Virus record (IMG/VR): IMGVR_UViG_3300021255_000123
Span: 1-64,000 of that record
From: a virus
Taxonomy: Duplodnaviria; Caudoviricetes
Strand: one strand, 5' to 3'
Length of the DNA: 64,000 nt
Below, in pieces: positions 52,213 through 62,500 of this stretch (the stretch's first letter is position 1; each line of letters starts with the position of its first letter). Under the pieces are notes generated by a model. It saw only the letters and a list, made by a program, of their open reading frames with translations. It ran no database searches and was not told the origin of the DNA. A program made the translations under genes and the position numbers.

Positions 52213-52463
52213 TCCGCTCCGTCAGCGAAATTGGAGAAATGGTGGACTTCCTGAAATACAACCCATATATGACAATAGAGGAGTATCAATGGAAGTACAG
52301 CATACCGATGATAAAAATAATGGGGATGGATAACACTCATTCTGTCTGTTTATCCAAGAAAGAGATAGAGAGAAGAAAAGGACAAGTAGTAAACACGAAG
52401 GGGAAGAGTGTGCAGGATTTGAACAACGACCTTGGGGTCAAAATACAGTTTCCAAACGAATAA
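52119..52463 (+). CDS. Tail assembly chaperone -1 frameshift extension (T)
   Basis: The -1 frame from 52119 is open (YGSSGYAPDIQSSGDGEEEDEDEDEES...) and in frame with ORF 52239-52463. Confidence 0.7.
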   Translation, partial: YGSSGYAPDIQSSGDGEEEDEDEDEESRSEIIRSVSEIGEMVDFLKYNPYMTIEEYQWKYSIPMIKIMGMDNTHSVCLSKKEIERRKGQVVNTKGKSVQDLNNDLGVKIQFPNE

Positions 52464-52475
52464 AAACATACCGCT

Positions 52476-55400
52476 ATGGCAGACAATGTTTCCGACGGAA
52501 TAAAAAACCTTGACAAGTGGATTAAGAGTGCCGACCAGTCGCTCTCCACGATGATGCAGCGATACGAACGTTTCCAGAGGGCCGCTTCCACTGGTGATGC
52601 GACCAAGATGCAACAGGCTTGGAACTCTTTGCAGACGGGAGCAAATACGACTGCCGCAAAGCTCCGTACTCTCGAAAAAGAGATAAAGAATTTGAAGGCT
52701 CAGACGAAAGACCCGGCCAGCTTACAGCGCCTAGACAAGTTGTTCCGTCAGCTCAACTCTGCATCCGGTGCTTGGGCCTCCGTGTTGGCCAGCGTCAACC
52801 GTGGCCAGCAGACGACTCAGGTGTTCGCCGAGAGATTAGCCCGTGCGTTCGAGAAAGGCCAGAAGGCTCTTGCTGCGTTCAATACTGAGCAGACAAGAGG
52901 AGCTTCTGCAAGCAGTCGTCTGAATAGAGGTCTGGCTGATTTATTGCAGGGATTAACTGCATATTTTGGATTCCGTCAAATAGGCGGCTTTTTAAGAAAC
53001 GTTGTTCAGATTCGAGGAGAATTTGAAAAGACAGAGGTTGCTCTGAGAAACATCATTGGCAACCAAGAGAAGGCAAATCTCATCTGGGAAAAAACAATGA
53101 ATCTTGCAGTCAACTCGCCTTTCACAGCGAGACAACTTACCAGTTACGTCAAGCAGCTTGCAGCTTATAGGATTGAGAATGACAAGATATTTGACACCAC
53201 AAAGAGATTGGCCGATGTGTCTGCCGGTCTTGGTGTCGATATGCAACGCCTCATCCTTGCTTACGGTCAGGTGAAAGCAGCAAACTACCTCCGCGCTTCT
53301 GAAATTCGTCAGTTTACCGAGGCTGGTGTGAATATCCTTGGAGAATTAGCTGATTATCTGTCAATAACGAGAGGAGAAATGATTTCTACCGCTCAGGTTA
53401 TGGAAATGGTTCAGAAACGAATGGTGAAGTTTGAAGATGTCGAGGCCATATTCAAGCGTATGACAGACGAGGGTGGTACGTTCTACCACATGCAACAGGA
53501 GTTATCCAACACCGTGCAGGGCCAGATTAACAAAATCAAAGACACTTGGCAACAGGCTATGAATGAACTTGGTAAATCTGACCAAGGATTGATAAGGGGA
53601 ATCACCAATATGGTGTTGAGTATTGTGCGAAACTGGAGGACTTGGGTAACGGCAATAGAATCTTCTGTAATAGCCATTATCGCCTTTAAAGCGACGAATG
53701 TTGTCCGGGCACTTACATCTACGGCATACGCTGCCAATGCTGCAACCAAAAGCACTCTCCGTTTAGCTAATGCGTTCAAGAGTCTAGGAAAGGGATTGAA
53801 GGCGAATTGGGTTGCTTTGGCAATCGCCGCCGTAGCCGCCGCCGCAACGGAGCTTTTCATGGCTACAAAGCGCATGAAGGACTTCAATGATGAGATTGAT
53901 GAACAATCCATCACTCTATACGATGCCCAGCAGAAGATGTATGAGTATCAGAATACCGTCGAGAGAAATAACGGCATATTAAAGGATGCGAAGAGTAAGG
54001 AAGAGGACATTAAGAATGCCAGAGAAGAGAATTTGAAGGTCCTCAGTGCCCTACGCAAGGAATATCCGGAATTGGTCGAGGGTATAGAACAACAGGCTAA
54101 CGGTGAGGTTATTCTTACGCAGCGTATTGAAGCTCATAACGAATCTTTGCGGGAGCAAATACGACTGAATGAACAGTTAAAACAGAAGTCTATTACTGAC
54201 GACCCGTTTGAGACTGATACAAGGCAGTATTTTGAGAAGCTGGATGAATGGAGAAAGAAGATACAAATTTCTCAGCAGCAACTTAAACTGAAACTACTTA
54301 GAGGTGAGATAAACAAAGACGAAAACCCGATAGTAGAAAGATTACTCGGTATAAATACTGACGACATTTTAAATGCCGTCAACGAATACAACCAGATAGT
54401 TGGTGAAGTTCAAGCTGTAATTGTAGGCAAAACTACTGAGTTAAATAAGGCTTACAGGGAGGCGTTGAATGAGGCACAAAAAAATTTGTCTAACCCTGAC
54501 AGTGCAAAAAAAGTACAGGAATTACAGAATAGATTGATGAATTTGAGACATTTCGCAATCGAATCCAGCAATCTTGGAGCTGTCGCCGGCCTACCACTTA
54601 TTGATACAGATGTACAGGAAACAAGGGAGTTTAAAAAAGAATCTGATGCCATAGTAAAAGAGCTTATCGGGAGCTTTGAACTTGGTGTTAGGGCACTGGA
54701 TAACGAGCAAAAATTGATTCAGGAAACCTACAATGGTAATTTTGCTGAGTATCTAAAAGCTAACGGCTCCCGTCTCAGGGAAATGGTCGAAACTAATACT
54801 GTTGACGTAAACGAAACCATTAGAACATTCTTGGAGAAAAACGGACAAGCCCTGACCGACGAGAACAAGAAGGTGTGGAACGACATCCTCAACGAATATA
54901 TTTTTGGTGCAGATAAGGCTCGGAGAATCATGGAAATTACATTCCAGATGATGTCGGAGAAAGACCCGTTTGTCAGGAATATGCTGTCTCGCCAGATGCA
55001 GGAAATAAAGGATGAATATTACGATTTCTTTGCTTCCTACACTTCTCCTACAAAGGGTGATGGTCTTGAAGACAAGAATAAGACATATAAGTCCATTGAT
55101 AGTCTGATTTCTTTGCTCAAAACCATGAACAGTGAGTATGGGAAGCTGTCAAAATCAGCGTATGGTTTTGCTAAGTCTCAGGAAACCGTTATGGAGGTTT
55201 TCAAAGAGTCATTCAAAGACATAATGAAGGCCACGAAGGGTGGTGGGTTCGCTCTCGACAAGGCGTTTACCATGGTTGACTGGAATAAGCTTGACATCAC
55301 CTCAAAAGGCGGTGTGGCAGCAGCTTTGCAGCAGGTGTATGATTACCTTGACGGTCACAAGATGTGGGGGCAGTTCGGTAAGAATGCTGAGGAGGTTCGC

Positions 55401-58037
55401 AAGAAATTTGAGAAGGAAATGGCATCATGGAAAGTTGAAGCCGGGGTGGAATTACAGGTCCAGATGCGTGACGATTTCAAGAAACAGATGGAGCAAATGT
55501 TCTCTGATTACGAGCTTACCGTTACGCTTCAAGGAATGGATATTTCTGCTCAGGCTGCAAAAGACTGGCTGAATGTAGATTTTACCTCTCTTGGCGATAT
55601 GCAAGCTGCTATGTCTGCTTTTGCTGATAAGCAGATTGCTAAGGGCACTTGGGACCAAGATGATATAGAGGCATACTTGCAGTGGTCAAAGAAGGTTGAA
55701 AATCAAATATATAAAGAGCGTAGAGACAAGGCGAAAGAGTATTCCAAGTATCTTGAAAAAGAGTTGAGTGAACGAGCAAAACTCGAAATGGAATATACAA
55801 AGAAAGTTGTTGAGGTTAGAAGTAGTAGGGCTTTCACAGAGGACCAGCAGACGGCTATCCTTACCAACATGAAGCAGGAGTATGAAAATGCTCTGCGTGA
55901 CTTGTCTTGGAAATCGTTTAAGGAAAGTGACTTCTATGAGGAAATGATGGACGACCTGACGTCCATCCCGGCAGAGTATTCTCAAATCATGCTTGATAAG
56001 TTGAACGAGATACTTGCTCACCCGGAAGACCTTTCGCCCCGTGCCTTAAAAGAGGCTATCAATGCCAGACAAAAGGTTATGGAGGCTCGTCGTCAGATGG
56101 ACCCCATGTCAGCCATGAGAGACAATCGTGCAGGTTTTCGTAACTTTTATCAGAATGAAGAAAATCGACAAGAGTTTGGTATCAATGCAAAAACTTGGAA
56201 AGAGGCCGAAAAAGAGATTGATGGTTTAATTGTTAAGAAGACAAGAGAGCTTGCTCAACTGGAAGAAGAAATCACCATATATGACAAGCTGATTGGCGAG
56301 ATAACCACCTACAATAACAAAAAGCGGGCCGCAGAGCAGTCAATGATTGGCCTTGGTGGTACAATCGAAGATTATGATGTTGCTGGTTTACAGGAAGAAA
56401 TTGACAATATCCAGCTTGTACTTGACCCATTAGAGAAAGAGCAGGACCGATATGAGACTCTGCGCGATTTGAAGCAGCAAGGCGCAGAAATTGACGAGCA
56501 GGAGTATAAGAATTTGCTTGAAAGCCTCGCTGTCAGACAGCAAAAAATAGCACAGCTGAGTAGTGAAATAGCATTATATCAGTTGGCAAAACAGGCGAGA
56601 ATCGAATACGACCAAGCCGAGCAGGGACTATCCTCTCAGGGTCGAACCCTTATTCAAGGTGGAGAAGTAACTGTAGGCCAAACTACCGGTGTGACAGCTC
56701 AAAATATTGGCTCTAACAGACAAGCCGCCGTAACAAAGAAGGATACGACCAAAGGGGCGTTACAAAAGATGAAAGATGCCAAGAAAATGTCTAAAGAATG
56801 GGCTATGGCTTGGCATGAATTTAATGCTCAGTTAGGTAGCACAATAAAGAGTGTCGCTAGTATGGGTTCCGCGTTCATGGACACATACGAAGCCCTCGGA
56901 GGCGAGACCAATGCACTTACGGAGGGCTGGAAGGAGTTTGGCTCCACTATGGTCGATGTGATTGTTCAGGCCCTCGAAATGATACCCACCCTCGTTACAG
57001 GGTTTACGGCAACTGGTGAGGCCATCAATTCCGCCATGGGCATCATCGGACTTATTGCAAAGGCCATTCAGCTTGTCTTGACTGCGATTACCGCAATATC
57101 CAAACTTCACGATGCCGGATATGAGAAGGAAATTGAGAATCAACAGAAGAAGATTGACGAACTAAAATCCGCATACGAGCGTCTGGAGAAGGCTATTGAG
57201 AAGACTTGGACCACGATGTCCTATATCGACACCTACAATCAGCAGGTAGAGAATATCAAGCAGCAGATAGAGGCTCTGGAGGCCCAGCGTAACGCCGAAA
57301 ACTCCAAAAAGAACACTGATGAGGACAAAATCCGCGAGTATGGCGACTCCATCCAAGAGGCATACGACGAACTGGAGGAACTGGAGCAGAAGCGTATCGA
57401 GGTGTTTGGTGGTCTCGGTGAGGTCAACTACCGTAGTGCTGCCGAGGAATTTGTATCTGCATGGAAGGATGCCTTCCTTGAAACCGGCGACGGTCTGGAG
57501 GCATTGCAGGAACATTTTGACGAGTTCTTGCAGGAGTGGTTTGTGAAACAGGCCACGATGCGTATTGCCGGAGCCATGCTGGAGCGTACCTTCCGCATGA
57601 TTGACGAATCGGTCAACGAGAGTAGTGAGGGCGGTGTAGCTGTTACCATGGCAGAACTACAAGCTATCCGGGATGAGTTTGCAACTCAGGCTCCGCTTAT
57701 CTCCGAGGCTTTGGAGGAGTTGGCCGGAATGTGGGACCTTGGTAACGGAGAAGGCTCTCTCAGCGGCCTTGCAGCCGGCATACAGGGCATGACCGAGGAA
57801 CAGGCAAATATCCTCGAAGCGTACTGGAACAGTGTCAGGATGTACACGGCAAACATTGATGGAAATGTCGAGCGTATTGCCAATATTCTTGGCGCCGGCG
57901 GCTCCGCAACCAATCCTCAGTTGCAGCAGTTACAGATAATAGCGCAGCACACCGAGGCCATCCACAATCTGCTTGACAATGTTACAAGGAGTGGCCATCC
58001 GCAGGGAGGTCTTGGTATAAAGGTGTTTAACAACTAA
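52476..58037 (+). CDS. Tape measure protein
   Basis: 1853-aa helical protein with QLAAY...RLADVSAGLG...LILAYGQV...QFTEAGV tape-measure signature. Confidence 0.92.
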   Translation: MADNVSDGIKNLDKWIKSADQSLSTMMQRYERFQRAASTGDATKMQQAWNSLQTGANTTAAKLRTLEKEIKNLKAQTKDPASLQRLDKLFRQLNSASGAWASVLASVNRGQQTTQVFAERLARAFEKGQKALAAFNTEQTRGASASSRLNRGLADLLQGLTAYFGFRQIGGFLRNVVQIRGEFEKTEVALRNIIGNQEKANLIWEKTMNLAVNSPFTARQLTSYVKQLAAYRIENDKIFDTTKRLADVSAGLGVDMQRLILAYGQVKAANYLRASEIRQFTEAGVNILGELADYLSITRGEMISTAQVMEMVQKRMVKFEDVEAIFKRMTDEGGTFYHMQQELSNTVQGQINKIKDTWQQAMNELGKSDQGLIRGITNMVLSIVRNWRTWVTAIESSVIAIIAFKATNVVRALTSTAYAANAATKSTLRLANAFKSLGKGLKANWVALAIAAVAAAATELFMATKRMKDFNDEIDEQSITLYDAQQKMYEYQNTVERNNGILKDAKSKEEDIKNAREENLKVLSALRKEYPELVEGIEQQANGEVILTQRIEAHNESLREQIRLNEQLKQKSITDDPFETDTRQYFEKLDEWRKKIQISQQQLKLKLLRGEINKDENPIVERLLGINTDDILNAVNEYNQIVGEVQAVIVGKTTELNKAYREALNEAQKNLSNPDSAKKVQELQNRLMNLRHFAIESSNLGAVAGLPLIDTDVQETREFKKESDAIVKELIGSFELGVRALDNEQKLIQETYNGNFAEYLKANGSRLREMVETNTVDVNETIRTFLEKNGQALTDENKKVWNDILNEYIFGADKARRIMEITFQMMSEKDPFVRNMLSRQMQEIKDEYYDFFASYTSPTKGDGLEDKNKTYKSIDSLISLLKTMNSEYGKLSKSAYGFAKSQETVMEVFKESFKDIMKATKGGGFALDKAFTMVDWNKLDITSKGGVAAALQQVYDYLDGHKMWGQFGKNAEEVRKKFEKEMASWKVEAGVELQVQMRDDFKKQMEQMFSDYELTVTLQGMDISAQAAKDWLNVDFTSLGDMQAAMSAFADKQIAKGTWDQDDIEAYLQWSKKVENQIYKERRDKAKEYSKYLEKELSERAKLEMEYTKKVVEVRSSRAFTEDQQTAILTNMKQEYENALRDLSWKSFKESDFYEEMMDDLTSIPAEYSQIMLDKLNEILAHPEDLSPRALKEAINARQKVMEARRQMDPMSAMRDNRAGFRNFYQNEENRQEFGINAKTWKEAEKEIDGLIVKKTRELAQLEEEITIYDKLIGEITTYNNKKRAAEQSMIGLGGTIEDYDVAGLQEEIDNIQLVLDPLEKEQDRYETLRDLKQQGAEIDEQEYKNLLESLAVRQQKIAQLSSEIALYQLAKQARIEYDQAEQGLSSQGRTLIQGGEVTVGQTTGVTAQNIGSNRQAAVTKKDTTKGALQKMKDAKKMSKEWAMAWHEFNAQLGSTIKSVASMGSAFMDTYEALGGETNALTEGWKEFGSTMVDVIVQALEMIPTLVTGFTATGEAINSAMGIIGLIAKAIQLVLTAITAISKLHDAGYEKEIENQQKKIDELKSAYERLEKAIEKTWTTMSYIDTYNQQVENIKQQIEALEAQRNAENSKKNTDEDKIREYGDSIQEAYDELEELEQKRIEVFGGLGEVNYRSAAEEFVSAWKDAFLETGDGLEALQEHFDEFLQEWFVKQATMRIAGAMLERTFRMIDESVNESSEGGVAVTMAELQAIRDEFATQAPLISEALEELAGMWDLGNGEGSLSGLAAGIQGMTEEQANILEAYWNSVRMYTANIDGNVERIANILGAGGSATNPQLQQLQIIAQHTEAIHNLLDNVTRSGHPQGGLGIKVFNN

Positions 58038-58048
58038 AACTCAATACA

Positions 58049-58483
58049 ATGGAAATCAAAGTTATCCGTAAGTACAAGAAAGAAACTTACACGATTGGCG
58101 AAATGCTTGTGAATGGTGAGCATTTCTGCGAGACCTGCGAAGACCGCGACCGTGGTTTGCGTTCCGACATGACCCTCTCGCAAATCAAGAAAATCAAAGT
58201 GTATGCACAGACAGCCATCCCCTATGGCACTTACAAGGTGTCAGTGTACTTCTGGCCCAAGCACCGTAAAAACTTTCCGCTTCTGCATGATGTTCCCGGA
58301 TTCACCGGAATCCTCATCCATGGTGGTGCCAATGCAGGTCACTCTGCCGGCTGCATACTTATCGGAGAAAACAAGATTAAAGGCGGTCTTGTCAACTGCG
58401 AAAAGTACGTTCGGAAGCTCACTACGATGTGCGACGAAGCCATCAAACGTGGTGATGTAGTGAAGATTACGGTTTGCGACTAA
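58049..58483 (+). CDS. DUF5675-family putative endolysin
   Basis: YTIGEM...TCEDRDR...TAIPYGTY...VPGFTGILIHGG...SAGCILIG. Confidence 0.8.
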   Translation: MEIKVIRKYKKETYTIGEMLVNGEHFCETCEDRDRGLRSDMTLSQIKKIKVYAQTAIPYGTYKVSVYFWPKHRKNFPLLHDVPGFTGILIHGGANAGHSAGCILIGENKIKGGLVNCEKYVRKLTTMCDEAIKRGDVVKITVCD

Positions 58484-58521
58484 CAGAGGTTGAAATATTA
58501 TTTTTGCAGAACCGAGAAAAA

Positions 58522-58533
58522 GTTGTATTTTTG
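58522..58533 (+). promoter_or_regulatory. Bacteroidota -7 element
   Basis: TATTTTTG upstream of ATG 58576. Confidence 0.5.
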
Positions 58534-58575
58534 CAGCGAAATAGGTTCAACTAACACTTAAAATAAACAAACGCA

Positions 58576-59028
58576 ATGTGGTGGCAAACAATCATTATCG
58601 ACGTCCTTTCAGTGACATCAATCCTTAGCATTATTGCTATGATTCGGTTCTGGAAACAGAACAAGGAACTCAAAGAAAACGAGGTCAAAGTATCGAACGC
58701 AAACGCACAGACAGAGCAAATCAATCTTGGTGATTTGTTCATGCAGAAGTCCGCAGAAATGTTCCAAAAAATGCAAGACTTACAGGAAGAAACACTGAAA
58801 GCTGCGCAGAAAAACGGAACTGATAATGAGGACATTATAAAACGTGTCGATGCAATAGCGGCAGAGCAGAAAAAGTTAGCCGAGGAACAAGTCAGAATGG
58901 CTAAAGTACAAGATAATATCTTGCAGGAACAAAAGAGACAGGCCGATGAGCAAAGCCATCTTGTTAAGTTTGCTAATGGCGAGTACCAAGACTTCCTCGT
59001 CAGAAACGGTTTCAAAAAGGAAGGATAG
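58576..59028 (+). CDS. Holin-like protein (N-terminal TM plus coiled coil)
   Basis: Single TM, located between endolysin and spanin. Confidence 0.5.
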   Translation: MWWQTIIIDVLSVTSILSIIAMIRFWKQNKELKENEVKVSNANAQTEQINLGDLFMQKSAEMFQKMQDLQEETLKAAQKNGTDNEDIIKRVDAIAAEQKKLAEEQVRMAKVQDNILQEQKRQADEQSHLVKFANGEYQDFLVRNGFKKEG

Positions 59029-59029
59029 T

Positions 59030-59554
59030 ATGCGAAACGGTTTTCTTTCATGTCATAATAGTTTTTTATTGGTTAGCGGTTTGAGAAAAGCCGTACTGGT
59101 GGCAGCATTGATTTGTCTGGCCATCAGTACGGTCTCTTGCCGTTCTGTCAAGGAGGTCCAGATTGTGACTGACACTTTGGCAGTCCATGACACGACCAAT
59201 GTCTTCATCCATGACACTACGAAGATTAAGGAGGTCCGCTATGACAGCATTGACCGCCTTGTCGAGAAGACCGTGTATGTCGATACCAATGGCGTTGTGC
59301 ATGAGAATGAGGTCGAGAAGCTCACCCACTACATTTATATGCAGGATGAGCAGTACAAGGTGATGGAGTCCTACTACAAGAGTAAGGTCTCTGAACTGGA
59401 GAAAAAGCTCGAAGAGAAGGCGAAAGTGGAGTATGTGGAGAAGGAACTTAACTGGTTCCAGAAGACGATGATTGGCCTTGGATGGTGTTTCATTGCTGCG
59501 ATTATAATTACAGGTATATGCCTGTACTTCAAGTTGAAAAGAAAGGTAACATAA
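59030..59554 (+). CDS. Unimolecular spanin-like lipoprotein
   Basis: Lipobox ISTVSC and C-terminal TM after KELNWFQK with a basic tail. Confidence 0.7.
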   Translation: MRNGFLSCHNSFLLVSGLRKAVLVAALICLAISTVSCRSVKEVQIVTDTLAVHDTTNVFIHDTTKIKEVRYDSIDRLVEKTVYVDTNGVVHENEVEKLTHYIYMQDEQYKVMESYYKSKVSELEKKLEEKAKVEYVEKELNWFQKTMIGLGWCFIAAIIITGICLYFKLKRKVT

Positions 59555-59555
59555 T

Positions 59556-62500
59556 ATGAAGGAGAGGTTTTTAACCGTATTGGTTCCTATTAAAGACAGC
59601 GACGCAACGACAGTAACTACCCTTCCTGCCGTCAGTCCGGACAACATCAACGTGATATACAAGCACGAGGGTGTTTATAAGCGTGTGTGGCTGAATCCTG
59701 CCACAAACCAGTACGAGTACCATGAGGTTGTGGACCGCGAGTTCCCCTATCTTGGAAAACCTCTCGAAATCTTTGACTTTACCTATGACGCTACCCGCAT
59801 GGGGCCTGCGCCTACCATAACCGCTCAGGGTGTCATGTGGTTCGCCGACAAGGATGCCGACGGAAATGACGTCACTCTCGAATCCCTGTGGCAACAGGAA
59901 TGCCATGTGAGCTTCAATGGCGAGAACTTTTACCTGAAACAGATTCCTACGTCGAGCAAATCTAATGAGGATGCCCGATACAAATACGACATCGATTTTG
60001 TGTCCGAGAGGGCCGTTTTGGAGCGCGTATATCTGTACGACGTTGTGCAGCCGTTCGTTTCCTCGAAGCCTATCTCAGAGAGCGCACAATTCAGCTTCTA
60101 CGGCGACATCACCGAGCTTGCGAAGCGCATCAATGCCAGCTTGCTGAGAAGCGGTCTGGCGACGATTGCTTTGAGGTCCGGCGTCACTCCGGGGAGCTAC
60201 CTGACATACGAGGAGTTTAACTCCGTGGGTCTTGGAACCTATACCGGCACGAAAGATACATCCGACCCGTATCCTATCGTTCCCGGCGAAATGCAGACTT
60301 ATATCCACTATCCTCATGCCAACATCTATGAGCATTTTGGTGGTAACTACACACTCTATCTGCTCAATCGGGTGTATCTTGTAGACAACCCTGTATCCTA
60401 TCACGTTGGTCCTTCCGATAGCGGTTACGATGTTATTACCGACGGCGACCCGCGTCTGTCTGGCTATAAGTGCCTCATCGGTAAGGATAAGAAGGGCGTT
60501 ATGACCACTTCCGAGGAGAAACTCATTACCTTCGAGAATAACACCATCCACGAGGCCCTGCAACAGTTCCATGATACATTTGAGCTGCAATACTACATCT
60601 ATCGCGATACCGACTCCAATGGCGACTTTACTGGTGATACCATCATTATGGTAGCCGACTGCCAACACGACTTTGCCGATTGGGATGCCACAGCCGCTTC
60701 CGGAGAAGGTGATTACACCCGCGACAGCGATGGTATTCCTACTACCACGCATCCTTTCGACTACGGTGTTGAAGACGCCCTATTGTCGAAAGAAAAGACC
60801 AATACTACCGATAAGATTATTACCCGTATAACGGGTGTCGGTAGTGAAGAGAATATACCTTGGTATTACCCCAATCCAAACGCTGACGGATGGATAAGAC
60901 CTCTCTATAAGACAAACGGGGAAGAACAGCCTGTAACTATCAATTATCCTACATCAGAAGGAACTTCTGTTGCAGAGTCCGTTAGGTATGAGAAATTCTT
61001 AAAAAACAGAATTGGTGACGTATTCCAGTTTGGTAAAAAGATATGCTCTGTAAACAAGAAAGCAAGTCTTGTCAGTAAATTCTCTACATACACATCTTAT
61101 GTGGATGAGACATCGGCAAGACTGTGTTACGATTTTACTTTGTCGTATGATGCGAGAGTGAAGTCTGATGGTTTTTCGTTAAATGACCTATCGGAATCAT
61201 CAATAACATACTATCTATTTAAAGGCACAACGAATGTTACTGCATCCGGAAACGCATTCTTAATAAACGGAGGTAGCGGGACTTTGACGGCAGGAGATTA
61301 CCACCTAATTATAAACATAACATTCTCTGGTACAGGCCCAACACCTGTAACATCTGTTACAAAATACTATTATCCTGCAAAAAATAGAATCTGCGGATGG
61401 ATAGATACTTTTGGCTTTGGAAACCTTAATGGAGCATTGGCTATGGGTTTGGGTCTACTTGCTATAGCTACCGTTATATCTGATTTATGTACTGGAGGTT
61501 TTGCATGTCATTTGCCAAGCTTCTTCTCTACTAATCCAAACTTGACTTGGAACAACAGTCCCGATGGTTCAAAGATGGGTTGGTATGATGGAAACAGGCG
61601 AATAGCTATCAGCGAAATGGAATTTTGTGAGGCCAACTCGGAAACCTACGCATTTATGGGCGGTAGCGGCGCAAAGACTCTCGGTGTGGATGATGTATAC
61701 AAGGTAACTTGCGACAATGATACTTGGGTATCTTCTTATAACCTACAGCTTAAAGGAGTTCAATGGGACGACTGGTACGACATCTATTGTTTGTACATGG
61801 ATTGGGTGAATGGTATGAGGGATTCAAGACGCTCGGCTACATCCGTTGAGGAAGTTGATGTCAGTGTTGATTCTTTTGTCAACAATAATGTTGTATTCGG
61901 TCTCACTGGATATTTGGCTGATGGTTGGTATAAGAATAATAAAAAATATGCTCTCGCAGACTTTGGTATTACGAACGAATCAACACTCAATCAAACCGCA
62001 GACGTGTTTGATACTATTGAGTTTCAGCGTATCAAATACGTTACACCACAACCAAGACTGATGCCGGAAGTGTATATAAAAACCGATGGCGAAAGACGCT
62101 TCTATAATGCTCACAACTATTATGTTAATGGTGACCTTCTTAATGGCACAGCCGACCCAATGATAGGTGAAGTCCAAACTGGAACAAAGGTCAGGAATCC
62201 CTTGTATAAGGAGAAAGGAACGGATGCAGACAACAAGCATTATCAGTTTGAGAATGAATACGTGCAGATAATGCCGCATGAGCATATTGAGGAGTTCGAT
62301 GATGTAAAACCGACTATCAAAGGGCAGCAAAGTTACATCCGTACTTACCCAACAGAAGATGATTTTTATGTAGACCCAACAACTTTCTATATAAAGTCGA
62401 ATGGGCAATATACACAATGTACTTCATCAACAACTTATAGTGACACAACAGCATACTATCGTCTTGTTCGTATAGATATTGTTGAAGAGTTCGCTTTTGA

